From Candidatus Wolfebacteria bacterium RIFCSPLOWO2_01_FULL_45_19 (lineage in GTDB: Bacteria; Patescibacteriota; Minisyncoccia; UBA6257; GWB1-45-9), in assembly GCA_001793855.1 (NCBI GenBank), contig MGIR01000001.1, positions 8,645-72,644 on the forward strand: DNA of 64,000 nt. Reading direction: 5' to 3'. Position numbers and translations under genes: made by a program. Below the pieces are notes generated by a model that was not told the origin of the DNA, made no database searches, and saw only the letters and a list, made by a program, of their open reading frames with translations. Shown in pieces: positions 30,163 to 39,467 of the stretch (position 1 is the stretch's first letter; each line of letters begins with the position of its first letter).

Positions 30163-30707
30163 AAACCGAGCCCACTGAATATTATAACAGAGATGGATAT
30201 TGGTAGCCAAAGCCAATATAACGGAATACGCTTTTGTTGTTTATGAATAATGAATAATGAAGTATGAATTATGAGATATATGGACAAGACAGCGGCGAGC
30301 GCATACATCCATCCCGGGTGTCCCGCGAGAAAAAGCGCCCCAGCGGCGATGTACGGCTCTTCCTTTTCAAAAAAGCGGTCTTGGAATTTGCGGTTTAAAA
30401 ATTTCGCGCCGAGCAAAACAAAAAGCGCCGCGAAAAACGCCAAAAACGGCTGGATTAGAAAATTCGTGAAACTGTACAGCGCGAAATAACTGAAGCCGCG
30501 ATACGGCGGAACGAGATAGCTTGCAGGAGGGCCGCCGCCATGCCAAGCAAGAAACTGTTCCCGCATCCAATATGCCTGGATTGCGAAAATTACAATGACA
30601 GACAACCAAAACAGCGTTCTAAAAATTCGCGACTTATGCTCAAAAAAGAAGCGCAGTAGAATCTGCGCTCCCAAAAAAACAACCGCGGCGACTAAGCCAA
30701 CGGTCAT
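30147..30707 (-). CDS. polytopic membrane protein (possibly prepilin-peptidase-like; unassigned)
   Basis: Five to six TM helices between the pilin and pilB. No clear A24 motifs. Confidence 0.35.
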   Translation of the reverse strand: MTVGLVAAVVFLGAQILLRFFFEHKSRIFRTLFWLSVIVIFAIQAYWMREQFLAWHGGGPPASYLVPPYRGFSYFALYSFTNFLIQPFLAFFAALFVLLGAKFLNRKFQDRFFEKEEPYIAAGALFLAGHPGWMYALAAVLSIYLIIHTSLFIIHKQQKRIPLYWLWLPISISVIIFSGLGFNFQF

Positions 30708-31279
30708 ATGGTCAACTTGTTGCCGACTTCGTAAATGGTGGCATTGTTTCCTCCGTCCGTGCCTTCTCTGTCGTCAGTTCCGCTGGACGCGTAGCGTTCG
30801 CTTTCAAGATTCGCGGTCAGTTCGTACTTCAAAGTATCATGGCCATAAGCATAAAAGTAGGTGGCGTCATTAACCGGGTCAAGCGGCAAACCCACCAACG
30901 GCGAGCCGCCGGGTATGGACCCGAAATTAACCCTCACCCATCCGGTGGCGTCAGTCGCGCGCGCAATTGCTACCGTGGTTGTGGCTGTGGCTGTTATTCC
31001 GGCTGAATATCTGGTCGAGCCACTGCAAGTCACAACTGCCTGATCGCCGCCGACAACACATGTAGTCGTGGCTAAACCGTTCTGAAAATCAGGGCTAGAC
31101 ACGGTTGCTAGATACAATCCAAGAGCCGAGTGAACTGTTCCCAGATCGGAAACGCGCTGTGAATCGCGCGCCTGCCTTAAAAGTTCCGCCGGGTTAATAA
31201 CCAAAACCGCGACCGTAGATAAAATTGCCAGAAGGCCGATAACGATAAGGAGCTCTATTAATGTAAAACCTTTTTTCAT
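30704..31279 (-). CDS. type IV pilin (probable major pilin)
   Basis: MKKGFTLIELLIVIGLLAIL. Confidence 0.8.
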   Translation of the reverse strand: MKKGFTLIELLIVIGLLAILSTVAVLVINPAELLRQARDSQRVSDLGTVHSALGLYLATVSSPDFQNGLATTTCVVGGDQAVVTCSGSTRYSAGITATATTTVAIARATDATGWVRVNFGSIPGGSPLVGLPLDPVNDATYFYAYGHDTLKYELTANLESERYASSGTDDREGTDGGNNATIYEVGNKLTI

Positions 31280-31340
31280 AAAATTAATTATATCATACTC
31301 CCCACCCCACCCCGCAAGACGCGAAACTGTGGATAACTTT

Positions 31341-31712
31341 TTACTTCATATAATCTTTGATTCTGACAACAAGCTCGTCTATGGAGGTTTTCGCTTTGAC
31401 GAAATACTCAATCGCGCCCAATTCCTTGCCGGTCTGAATGTCGGATTCTTGTCCAAGGTTTGAAATTATAACAATCTGGCTTTGGCTTAACTGCGGGTCA
31501 CTGCGAATCGCTTCAAGAACTTCAAATCCGGATTTTTTGGGCAAAATTATATCAAGCAGGACGAGGTCGGGTTTTTGGTCGCGCAAAAACTTCAGCGCTT
31601 CTTCGCCGTCAGGAGCGTGAATCACGGTGAAGTTTTCTTTTTGCAAACGCGTCTTCAAAAGAGACGACAAGAACACGTCGTCTTCCACAAGCAAGATGGT
31701 TTTCCCATTCAT
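31341..31712 (-). CDS. single-domain response regulator (CheY-like receiver)
   Basis: LLVEDD ... DLVLLDIILP ... receiver motifs, with no output domain. Confidence 0.8.
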   Translation of the reverse strand: MNGKTILLVEDDVFLSSLLKTRLQKENFTVIHAPDGEEALKFLRDQKPDLVLLDIILPKKSGFEVLEAIRSDPQLSQSQIVIISNLGQESDIQTGKELGAIEYFVKAKTSIDELVVRIKDYMK

Positions 31713-31994
31713 GATTTATATTATAGCAAAACTTTTCTCGTTGTCCCAAGAGTCGAGACTTGATGGCTCATCGACTAATACCATCCCGCCGAAGCGGGGT
31801 CGACACTAGTTTTCATTATTGAAAACTAAGTTTAATTAATCCACGCACAGCTTCCGCTACGCGTGCCTTGTTACGACTTCGTCCGTGTCACCGAACTTAC
31901 CCTAACCCCGCAAAACGGAGTTTTAGGTATTCCCGGCTTCCTTGACGTGACGGGCGGTGAGTACAGGACTCGAGAACGTATTCACCGCGGCATA

Positions 31995-32029
<35 letters not shown>

Positions 32030-32193
32030 AGGGCGAGTTGCAGCCCTCAATCCGAACTTGGGCCGGTTTTAAGGGATTAGCTCCACCTTACGGTTTGGCA
32101 ACCCTTTGTACCGGTCATTGTAGCACGAGTGTAGCCCAGGGCATCAGAGGGCCATGCGGATTTGACGTCGTCCCCTCCTTCCTCCCAGCACTT

Positions 32194-32359
32194 TGTTCGC
32201 AAACGAACAAAGCAATTTCTAAACTCTAATATCTAAATCCTAAACAAATTTTAAAAATCAAATCTCAAATTCGAAACGTTTGGAACATTTGAATTTGGAA
32301 TTTTGAGATTGTTTAGAGATTAGGATTTCGAATTTAGGATTTCTTTGCGCTTGTGCGCA
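32194..32359. repeat. ~165 nt palindromic heptamer-repeat element forming an expansion in the 16S h40 loop
   Basis: Closed by CAGCACTT/AAGTGCTG. The arms tctaaactctaatatctaaatcctaaac / gtttagagattaggatttcgaatttaggattt match the element at 21795. Confidence 0.7.
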
Positions 32360-32725
32360 AAGTGCTGGGCAGTTTTGCCTGACACGTATAACAGACAATA
32401 GGGGTTGCGCTCGTTTCCCCACTTAAGGGAACGTCTCACGATACGAGCTGACGACAACCATGCAGCACCTGTCCTGACGTCCTTGAGAGACAACACGCCT
32501 TTCAGCATGTCTTCGTCAAGATTTCTAGCCCTGGTAAGGTTCCTCGTTTAGTATCGAATTAAACCTCATGCTCCACCGCTTGTGCGAGTCCCCGTCTATT
32601 CCTTTGAGTTTTAAGCTTGCGCTCGTACTTCCCAGGCGGCCTGCTTAACGCGTTAGCTTCGCCACTCCGAGGGTCGATACTCGAAACAGCCAGCAGGCAT
32701 CGTTTAGGGCGTGGACTACAAGGGT

Positions 32726-33856
32726 TGAATTTGTTACTTCGCGACAATAGTATTATTGTCACGCGAGCCGAACATTTCTGTCGGCTTCTCTATGTTGCCA
32801 TAGAGTCCGGACTATATCTTTATCTGAAAGCCGTCCATCGAGCCAGTTTCTTCTCGTATTCGGATAAAATAACCGAACGAGGAAAGCGGCTCAAACTTAC
32901 AACCTCAGATATCCAGCGTTCTTGAAATTGAGAATCTTTATAGAGAAGTATTGCTTTGCGCAACATGTCCGGCGTTGGTATATGCGGCAGAATGATGCGA
33001 AGAAACTTTTTTAATTCCTCCTGCGATCTGATCCATATCCGCCAATATTGCCGCCGCTCTCCTTTATAGATACGGGATATGGGAGATACGATATTTTTTA
33101 TATCCCATACTACTTTAAGGTAGCGAGATAGTATTTTGACAGATTCTTTGTCAAAGCCATCGGTACAAAATACTCCCTTTCTTCCTCCGTAACTAATAAG
33201 TGAGCCATCATCACACCACCATACGGCGAGCGATAACGGGGTCATTCGGTTCAGCCAAGTGCGTCTAATGCGCAATCGGTTATTTTTATACGTTAAGCGA
33301 TGCAATTCAGTTAACGCTGGCAGATTTCTGCTTATAAACCGCCACTTGCTGTTTACGCTGAAACCGTCGGCCCTTTGGACACTAATACTTTTCTCTCGCG
33401 CTATCTCTTGAAGCATATCTGCTTTCCATAAGAGATAATCTTTTTGTGTTTCCGAATGACGAATTTGTAAATTCGCATTGGCACATTTTTTTTGAATCTT
33501 CAACGAACCGTCTCCTAGGATTGTTCCTAAAATAACGGCTCGCGCTTGATCCGACAAAGGCACATACTTTTTATCATTTTGCATATTATTATTTTATACG
33601 CTCATGACATAATGCGCCAACTATCTTAACTCAATTTCATAGTCTCTACGGGGTCAAACAAAATGAAATTTGAACTTTCAATTTTGCATTCTGTCGACTT
33701 CCCTCGGGATTGTCCGTCCGACAGGACGGAGTTCCCCGATACAGCTAGATGCTCACCCCGACGTCGCCGTCGAGGGGGACACCTTTGACAACCCCGATTT
33801 ACATCGGGGCTCTTTGTTTCTACGGGCAAAAGGAAAACCCTCCACAAAGATTTCGT
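32726..33856 (-). mobile_element. group I intron in 16S (near E. coli position ~790) carrying a homing endonuclease ORF; boundaries approximate
   Basis: It interrupts GGATTAGATA | CCCTTGTAGTCC. P7 elements GTAGAGACTATG (R) and AAGATATAGTCC (S) are present. Confidence 0.75.
32820..33584 (-). CDS. LAGLIDADG homing endonuclease (double-motif)
   Basis: ILGDGSL and WCDDGSL motifs. Confidence 0.8.
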   Translation of the reverse strand: MQNDKKYVPLSDQARAVILGTILGDGSLKIQKKCANANLQIRHSETQKDYLLWKADMLQEIAREKSISVQRADGFSVNSKWRFISRNLPALTELHRLTYKNNRLRIRRTWLNRMTPLSLAVWWCDDGSLISYGGRKGVFCTDGFDKESVKILSRYLKVVWDIKNIVSPISRIYKGERRQYWRIWIRSQEELKKFLRIILPHIPTPDMLRKAILLYKDSQFQERWISEVVSLSRFPRSVILSEYEKKLARWTAFR

Positions 33857-34457
33857 ATCTAATCCTTTTTGCTCCCCACGCTTTCGTGTCTCAGAGTCAG
33901 GAACGTCCCAGCCAGCTGCCTTCGCCTTTGGTGTTCCGCACGATATCAACGGATTTCACCCCTACACCGTGCGTTCCACTGGCCTCTGACGTCCTCTAGT
34001 TCGGCCGTATCTCTTGCAGCCTCAGGGTTGAGCCCCGAGATTTAACAAAAGACGCACCGAACATCCTACACACGCTTTACGCCCAATAAATCCGGATAAC
34101 GCTTGAGGTCTACGTTTTACCGCTGGTGCTGGCACGTAGTTACCCACCTCTTTCCACAGGGTACCGTCAACCTCGCGCGTAGCGCGAGAACCGAAAAACA
34201 CATGAACGTAAAAACGTAAGAACAAGTTGTTCTTTGGTTTATAGGTTCTTTAGTTTTTTAGTTCTTGTGCTACGCACAAGGCTTCTTCCCCTGCTATCGC
34301 GGTTTACGACCCGAAGGCCTTCTTCCCGCACGCGGCGTCGCTCGATCAGGCTTTCGCCCATTGTCGAATATTCTCGACTGCTGCCTCCCGTAGGAGTATG
34401 CACCGTGTCTCAGTTGCATCGTCGGGGAACAGGCTCTCACCCCCCCTACCGGTCATA

Positions 34458-34492
<35 letters not shown>

Positions 34493-34817
34493 CAGACCTA
34501 AGCCACTCCTGAAGCGATTTGCATCTTTACTCCGACACCCTTGCGGGGTCGGAGATTATTTGGAATTACCTCGTCTTTCGACGAGCTATGCCAAACTTCA
34601 GGGTATGTACTAAGGCGTTACTGACTCGTTCGCCACTGCCTCGCGCCTTGCGCGAGAACAAAAAAACGAAAGAACAAAAGAACTTAAGAACAAAAAGTTC
34701 TTGGGTTCATAAGTTCATGGGTTTTTTAGTCCTTGTGCAAAACACAAGGCCGTTCGACTTGCATGCCTTATCCACGCCGCCAGCGTTCATCCTGGACCAG
34801 GATCAAATCCTCAATAA

Positions 34818-34892
34818 GAGCTTTCAGCTTTTAGCTTATAGCTTATAGAAGGTAACCCCCCTAACAGCTAACAGCTATCAGCTAACAGCTCG
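34818..34892. repeat. agctNNN heptamer palindrome immediately upstream of the 16S 5' end
   Basis: agcttttagcttatagcttatag ... ctaacagctaacagctatcagctaacagct. Confidence 0.6.
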
Positions 34893-35296
34893 AAATACTT
34901 GGGACAACAAGAAAAATTTTGCTTGTTTTACTTAATTTGGACTCTTTTTTATTTTCCTTTTTTATTTTTAAAACAACGGTCAAATCTCTCTGGATTCAAT
35001 AAAACATCCACCGCTAACCCGTCTGCGACGGACTAGCGGTGGACGTCTTCAAATTAAATTATAGAATTGATTTTAAAATGTTAATCGTCCCATCCTTCAA
35101 TCATGTTTCCAGTATAACCGCAGCAAAAAACTTGTCAAGTGATGATTTTAATTGGAAGAATTAAACGCTGTGGATAACTCACTTACATACTCAACGATCG
35201 TTAAGTATGTAAGTAAATTGTTATACTTGCCCCCCATATCTATGCATAGATGTGGGGGCTTGCTTTCAAAAATGGTTTATTATAATATGTGAAACT

Positions 35297-35554
35297 ATGA
35301 AGCCCGATATACATCCGAAATATTATGAAAAAGCCAATGTTCGTTGCGCTTGTGGAAATGAACTCACGGTTGGCTCCGCCAAGCAGGAGTTAAAAGTGGA
35401 AATATGCTCAAAGTGTCACCCATTTTATACAGGACAGGAAAAACTGATTGACACGGCCGGACGCGTGGAGAAATTCAAATCGCGCAAAGCAAGAGCGGAA
35501 GCCGCGCCCAAAAAAGAAAAAAGACCGCGCGCCAAAAAACAAAAGATGTCCTAA
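35297..35554 (+). CDS. rpmE: 50S ribosomal protein L31 (C-terminal Lys-rich extension)
   Basis: [10 protein letters not shown], with CxC...CxxH zinc-type motifs. Confidence 0.85.
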   Translation: MKPDIHPKYYEKANVRCACGNELTVGSAKQELKVEICSKCHPFYTGQEKLIDTAGRVEKFKSRKARAEAAPKKEKRPRAKKQKMS

Positions 35555-35557
35555 GCG

Positions 35558-36274
35558 ATGGTTCAAAAAGTAATTCTTGAAATTCGCGCCGGGGCCGGTG
35601 GAGACGAAGCCGGCATTTTCGCCGGCGACCTCGCGCGCATGTACCAAAAATATGCCGCTCAAAAGGGATGGAGATTTTCTATTATTGATTTTAATCAAAA
35701 CGATTTAGGTGGATATAAAAATTTGTCGGCTGAAGTAGCCGGCGAGAATGTTTATGAGATTTTGAAATATGAGATTGGCGTACACCGCGTTCAACGAATA
35801 CCAAAAACCGAAAAGGGCGGACGCGTGCACACTTCAACCGCCTCGGTCGCGGTTTTGCCGGAAGTGGAAGCAAAAGAAGTAAACTTAAATCTAGGCGATT
35901 TGGAAATAACTTTTTCACGCGGAGGCGGACCGGGCGGACAAAACGTAAACAAGGTTGAAACTGCGGTAAGAGTACTCCACAAACCGACTGGCATCGTCGT
36001 CGCCTCGCGCTCCGAACGTTCCCAGCATGCCAACCGCGAGAAAGCGATGGAGATACTTCGCGCCAAACTTTACGAAGAACAGCGGCGCCAGGCAGTTGGC
36101 TCAATTACCGAACTCCGCCGCGAGCAAATCGGCTCCGCGGAGCGTTCAGAAAAAATACGCACCTATAATTTTCCGGAAGACCGAATCACCGACCACAGAA
36201 TCGGAAAAAAATTCCATAACATAGAAAAGATTCTTGACGGCAACTTGGACCCTATCGTGAAAGCGTTCAGCTAA
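35558..36274 (+). CDS. prfA: class-I peptide chain release factor lacking N-terminal domain 1 (RF1-like, PKT tripeptide, GGQ)
   Basis: It aligns to E. coli RF1 domains 2-4 from [13 protein letters not shown] onward. GGQ is present. There is no room upstream for domain 1. Confidence 0.65.
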   Translation: MVQKVILEIRAGAGGDEAGIFAGDLARMYQKYAAQKGWRFSIIDFNQNDLGGYKNLSAEVAGENVYEILKYEIGVHRVQRIPKTEKGGRVHTSTASVAVLPEVEAKEVNLNLGDLEITFSRGGGPGGQNVNKVETAVRVLHKPTGIVVASRSERSQHANREKAMEILRAKLYEEQRRQAVGSITELRREQIGSAERSEKIRTYNFPEDRITDHRIGKKFHNIEKILDGNLDPIVKAFS

Positions 36275-36289
36275 ATTTTTCGCGTGACG

Positions 36290-36560
36290 CGCCGCCCGTA
36301 TTCCTACCTGAACCGAACCGGTAAGTTTTTCGCGGGTCCTGCCGCCAGTTTTTCTCGCAGACACGCTATCAAATTCCCCAGCGAGGAATTTGCGCTCGCT
36401 CTCGGCCTCGCTCCTCCGACTGCGAGTCGGAGACCATGCCCGCTCGGCCTGCGAGACGGTCTGCTCGCAATAACTGGCGTCACCCGCGAAAACCTACATT
36501 GGTTCCCCAAGAAATACAGGCGGCGTATAAAAAACCTTGTTAAAATCATTTTTTCGCGTT
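36290..36560 (+). other. GC-rich structured non-coding region (candidate ncRNA or infB leader)
   Basis: About 60% GC against ~45% background. It has a long nested helix (CGCGGGT...ACCCGCG, CGCCAGTT/AACTGGCG, GCAGAC/GTCTGC, CTCCGACTgcgAGTCGGAG). The in-frame reading does not look like IF2. Confidence 0.4.
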
Positions 36561-36564
36561 ATTA

Positions 36565-37981
36565 TATGGGAACTATGGCAGAGAAACGTTCGTCAATTGT
36601 TGTTGTAATGGGCCACGTTGACCACGGCAAGACAACACTCTTGGATTACATTCGTAAAACAAACGTAACCGCTAAAGAAGCCGGTGGAATTACGCAGTCC
36701 ATCGGAGCATACGAGATAACCCACCCTTCAACGAGCTCAGGGCAAGCAAGAAAAATAACATTTATAGACACGCCGGGGCATGAGGCGTTTGTGAAAATGC
36801 GCGCGCGAGGAGCCGGAGTTGCCGACTTGGCGATTCTTGTTGTTGCCGCCGACGACGGAGTGAAACCGCAGACAAAAGAGAGTATAAAAATTCTTAAAGA
36901 AACCGAAACGCCGTTCGTTGTGGCGATAAATAAAATTGACAAGCCGAACGCCGATGTTGAAAGAACCAAAGCTGATTTAATGAAAGAAGACGTTTTACTT
37001 GAAGGATTCGGCGGCAGTATAAGCTGGCAGGCGATTTCCGCGAAAACCGGACAAGGCGTGAACGAACTGCTTGATCTTGTTTTGTTGTCGGCTGAAGTTG
37101 AGGACTTTGTTTATAATCCTGAGAATAAAGCGCGCGGAGTTATTGTTGAAGTGGAACAAAGTAGCAGCAGGGGAATTGAAGTATCGGCGGTTGTTAAAGA
37201 CGGCGTGTTGAGGGTCGGAGACGAAATAGCCACTCCGACCGCGGCTGGACGCGTGAAGATTCTTGAAAATTTTTTGGGTAAACGGGTTAAAGAACTTTCG
37301 CCTTCAAGTCCTGCTCTTATTATTGGTTTTGAAAACTTGCCGCAAGTCGGCGAAGAGTTTATGGCTGGCAACGTCGTTTTGAATGTATTGGAAACGCCGC
37401 CGCGGTTAAAGGCCATTCCTAAAACGGGCGCGATAAACATTATTTTGCGCGCGGACGTAGCCGGTTCTTTGGAGGCGATAGCGGATATTTTGAAAGCTTT
37501 GCAAGGAATTGAAATCATAGACGCGACAGTCGGCAAAGTTACTGGCGGCGATGTCCAGCTTGCCATTTCAACCGGAGCCGTAATCGTAAATTTCAAATCC
37601 AAAGTTGAAAAATCAGCGGAAATATTTGCCAAAAACAACGAGGTAAGAATAATTTCCTCAGAAATAATATATAAACTCGTAAAAACAATTGAGGACTTGC
37701 TTAAAGAAGGCGTGAAAGAAATAAAAGGCGAGTTGGAAATACTTGCCGTATTCAGCAAAAAAGGCAATCGTCAAGTTGTGGGCGGCCGCGCTACCAAAGG
37801 TATGCTAAGAAAAGGACGCGCGGAAATATGGAAAGGCGAGGAGCGTTTGGGAGATGGCAAAATTCTTAATCTTCAGGAATCCAAAAAAGATGTGACACAA
37901 TTGTCAGTGGATAAAGAGGGAGGATTGTTTGTGGATTCGGCTGTTATAATAGAAAAAGGCCACCGCGTTATACAGAAATGA
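36565..37981 (+). CDS. infB: translation initiation factor IF-2 (G domain to C-terminus; minimal form)
   Basis: [13 protein letters not shown]1 motif ~10 aa after MGTMAEK. The track ORF extends to 36284, but that part does not look protein-like. Confidence 0.8.
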
Positions 37982-38304
37982 AACATAGGCCGCAGAGAGT
38001 AAGTTCCTTGATAGAACGGGAATTGAGCGCTATAATAATGCGCGAATTGGAATTTGAGAATTGTCTGGTTACCATTACCGGCGTTGAGGTCAATAACAAA
38101 TTGGAGCGAGCGATTGTCAAATTTAGCGTTTATCCGTCTGAGAAATTAAAAGGGGTATCCGCGATTCTTAACAAGTCCAGAGGGCGTTTGCAATTCTTAT
38201 TGGGACGCAAGATTAACATAATGCCGATGCCGCGGATTGAATTTCATGAAGACAAGGGATTGGAAGAAGCCGCGAAAGTGGAAAAAGCGTTGATGAATAA
38301 ATAG
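37978..38304 (+). CDS. rbfA: ribosome-binding factor A
   Basis: KH-like RbfA sequence. Confidence 0.75.
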   Translation: MKHRPQRVSSLIERELSAIIMRELEFENCLVTITGVEVNNKLERAIVKFSVYPSEKLKGVSAILNKSRGRLQFLLGRKINIMPMPRIEFHEDKGLEEAAKVEKALMNK

Positions 38305-38315
38305 AATTAAAATAT

Positions 38316-38390
38316 GGCCGAGTAGCCAAGTGGTAAGGCAGGGGACTGCAAATCCCTTACACGAGGGTTCGATTCCCTCCTCGGCCTCCA
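38316..38390 (+). tRNA. tRNA-Cys (anticodon GCA), CCA encoded
   Basis: Acceptor GGCCGAG/CTCGGCC, anticodon loop CTGCAAA. Confidence 0.8.
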
Positions 38391-38391
38391 A

Positions 38392-38479
38392 GCCCGGGTG
38401 GCGGAATGGTATACGCAAAGGACTTAAAATCCTTGGCTCCTAACGGGGCTTGTGGGTTCGACTCCCACCTCGGGCACCA
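38392..38479 (+). tRNA. tRNA-Leu (anticodon TAA), long variable arm, CCA encoded
   Basis: Anticodon arm AAGGACTTAAAATCCTT; T-loop TTCGACT. Confidence 0.8.
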
Positions 38480-38749
38480 CGTTGGAAAAGTCAAATCGGC
38501 TGGGGCTTCGCGGCCTTCGGCCGCGACCAAATCGTAAGGATTTTTCGGGGCAAAAAGAAATTCCCGATTCCCTTAAAAGCAGAAAAGAAAAATTTTCAAA
38601 TACTCCCAAGAGGCGGCACTTGCCGCCTCTTGACTTTTGTGGTCTAAAATGCTAGACTTGAGCATTATCGGAATCATAGTTAACCGATAATCTGTGACCG
38701 TAGCGGTTGCAGAAAGCACATTCCGAAACAAACACGAAAGGAGGTTCAT

Positions 38750-39139
38750 ATGAGTCTTGAACAGAACAAGACGTTCGCGTCTGAACTCGAAGCCGAGCTG
38801 CGGGAAGCTGGTCTCCCGTCCGACCCGAGTCAAATCGTTGGCCATCTCTATTGGTTTGGGTGTGAACATGGTTCGCACCATCACATTCTCTCCGGAACGA
38901 TTCAGGCCATCGAGGTTTCCGACGAGGGAGGTCTCGACCTCTACATCACAAATCCTCGTTTCTGGGGCGAGCGGCTCATTAGCATCAAGTACAGCAACAA
39001 GTGGATGGCCTACGTGGACGTCAAGCCTCGTGAGTGGAGCGACGAGGCACTGGAGCGAATGTCCGAAGAAGAGCACGAGCGCGCGATCCAAGAAGACATC
39101 GCGGCCAAGTTCTTCGAGGGCGAGTTCCAACTTCTCTAG
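38750..39139 (+). CDS. hypothetical acidic protein in a GC-rich islet, with a canonical Shine-Dalgarno
   Basis: AAGGAGG sits 7 nt upstream of the ATG, ~58% GC, with its own terminator. The antisense 223 aa ORF is not preferred. Confidence 0.45.
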   Translation: MSLEQNKTFASELEAELREAGLPSDPSQIVGHLYWFGCEHGSHHHILSGTIQAIEVSDEGGLDLYITNPRFWGERLISIKYSNKWMAYVDVKPREWSDEALERMSEEEHERAIQEDIAAKFFEGEFQLL

Positions 39140-39164
39140 TCGCGCATGCCTCCCACTAACATCG

Positions 39165-39201
39165 AAAGCGGTATGGTTCGCCCTGCCGCTTTTCTCTTTT
39201 T
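39165..39201 (+). terminator. rho-independent terminator
   Basis: AAAGCGG...CCGCTTTTCTCTTTTT. Confidence 0.55.
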
Positions 39202-39467
39202 CAATTTTTGATTTAAGAATTTTCATAAAAGAATTTGCCGCCAATCAACACATTTTTTAATAACTTTTAAATTGAAAAAATGTACTGAAATGAGTTATTA
39301 TTAACTCATTAGAAAAACTTGAAATTGTCATTCGTGCGGCTCCGCCGCCTTTCCGAATTTTCGCGGGCCTTCGCCTCGCCGAAGTGGCTTCGGCCACGCA
39401 GGCGGGGGGAATTTTCCGGAAAAATGTGTTTGGACTAATTCAAGAATACTGCACCACGTAAAATACA

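Noticed and set aside
36284-36563. N-terminal 94 codons of the track's infB ORF
   Set aside because: GC-rich and highly self-complementary. The translation (…AGPAASFSRRHAIKFPSEEF…) is not IF2-like. IF2 similarity begins at MGTMAEK with the G1 motif immediately after. It is treated as non-coding structured sequence.
38573-39244. 223-aa minus-strand ORF in the GC-rich islet
   Set aside because: It is antisense to a shorter ORF that has a perfect Shine-Dalgarno and its own terminator. A long antisense ORF is expected by chance in a GC-rich segment.
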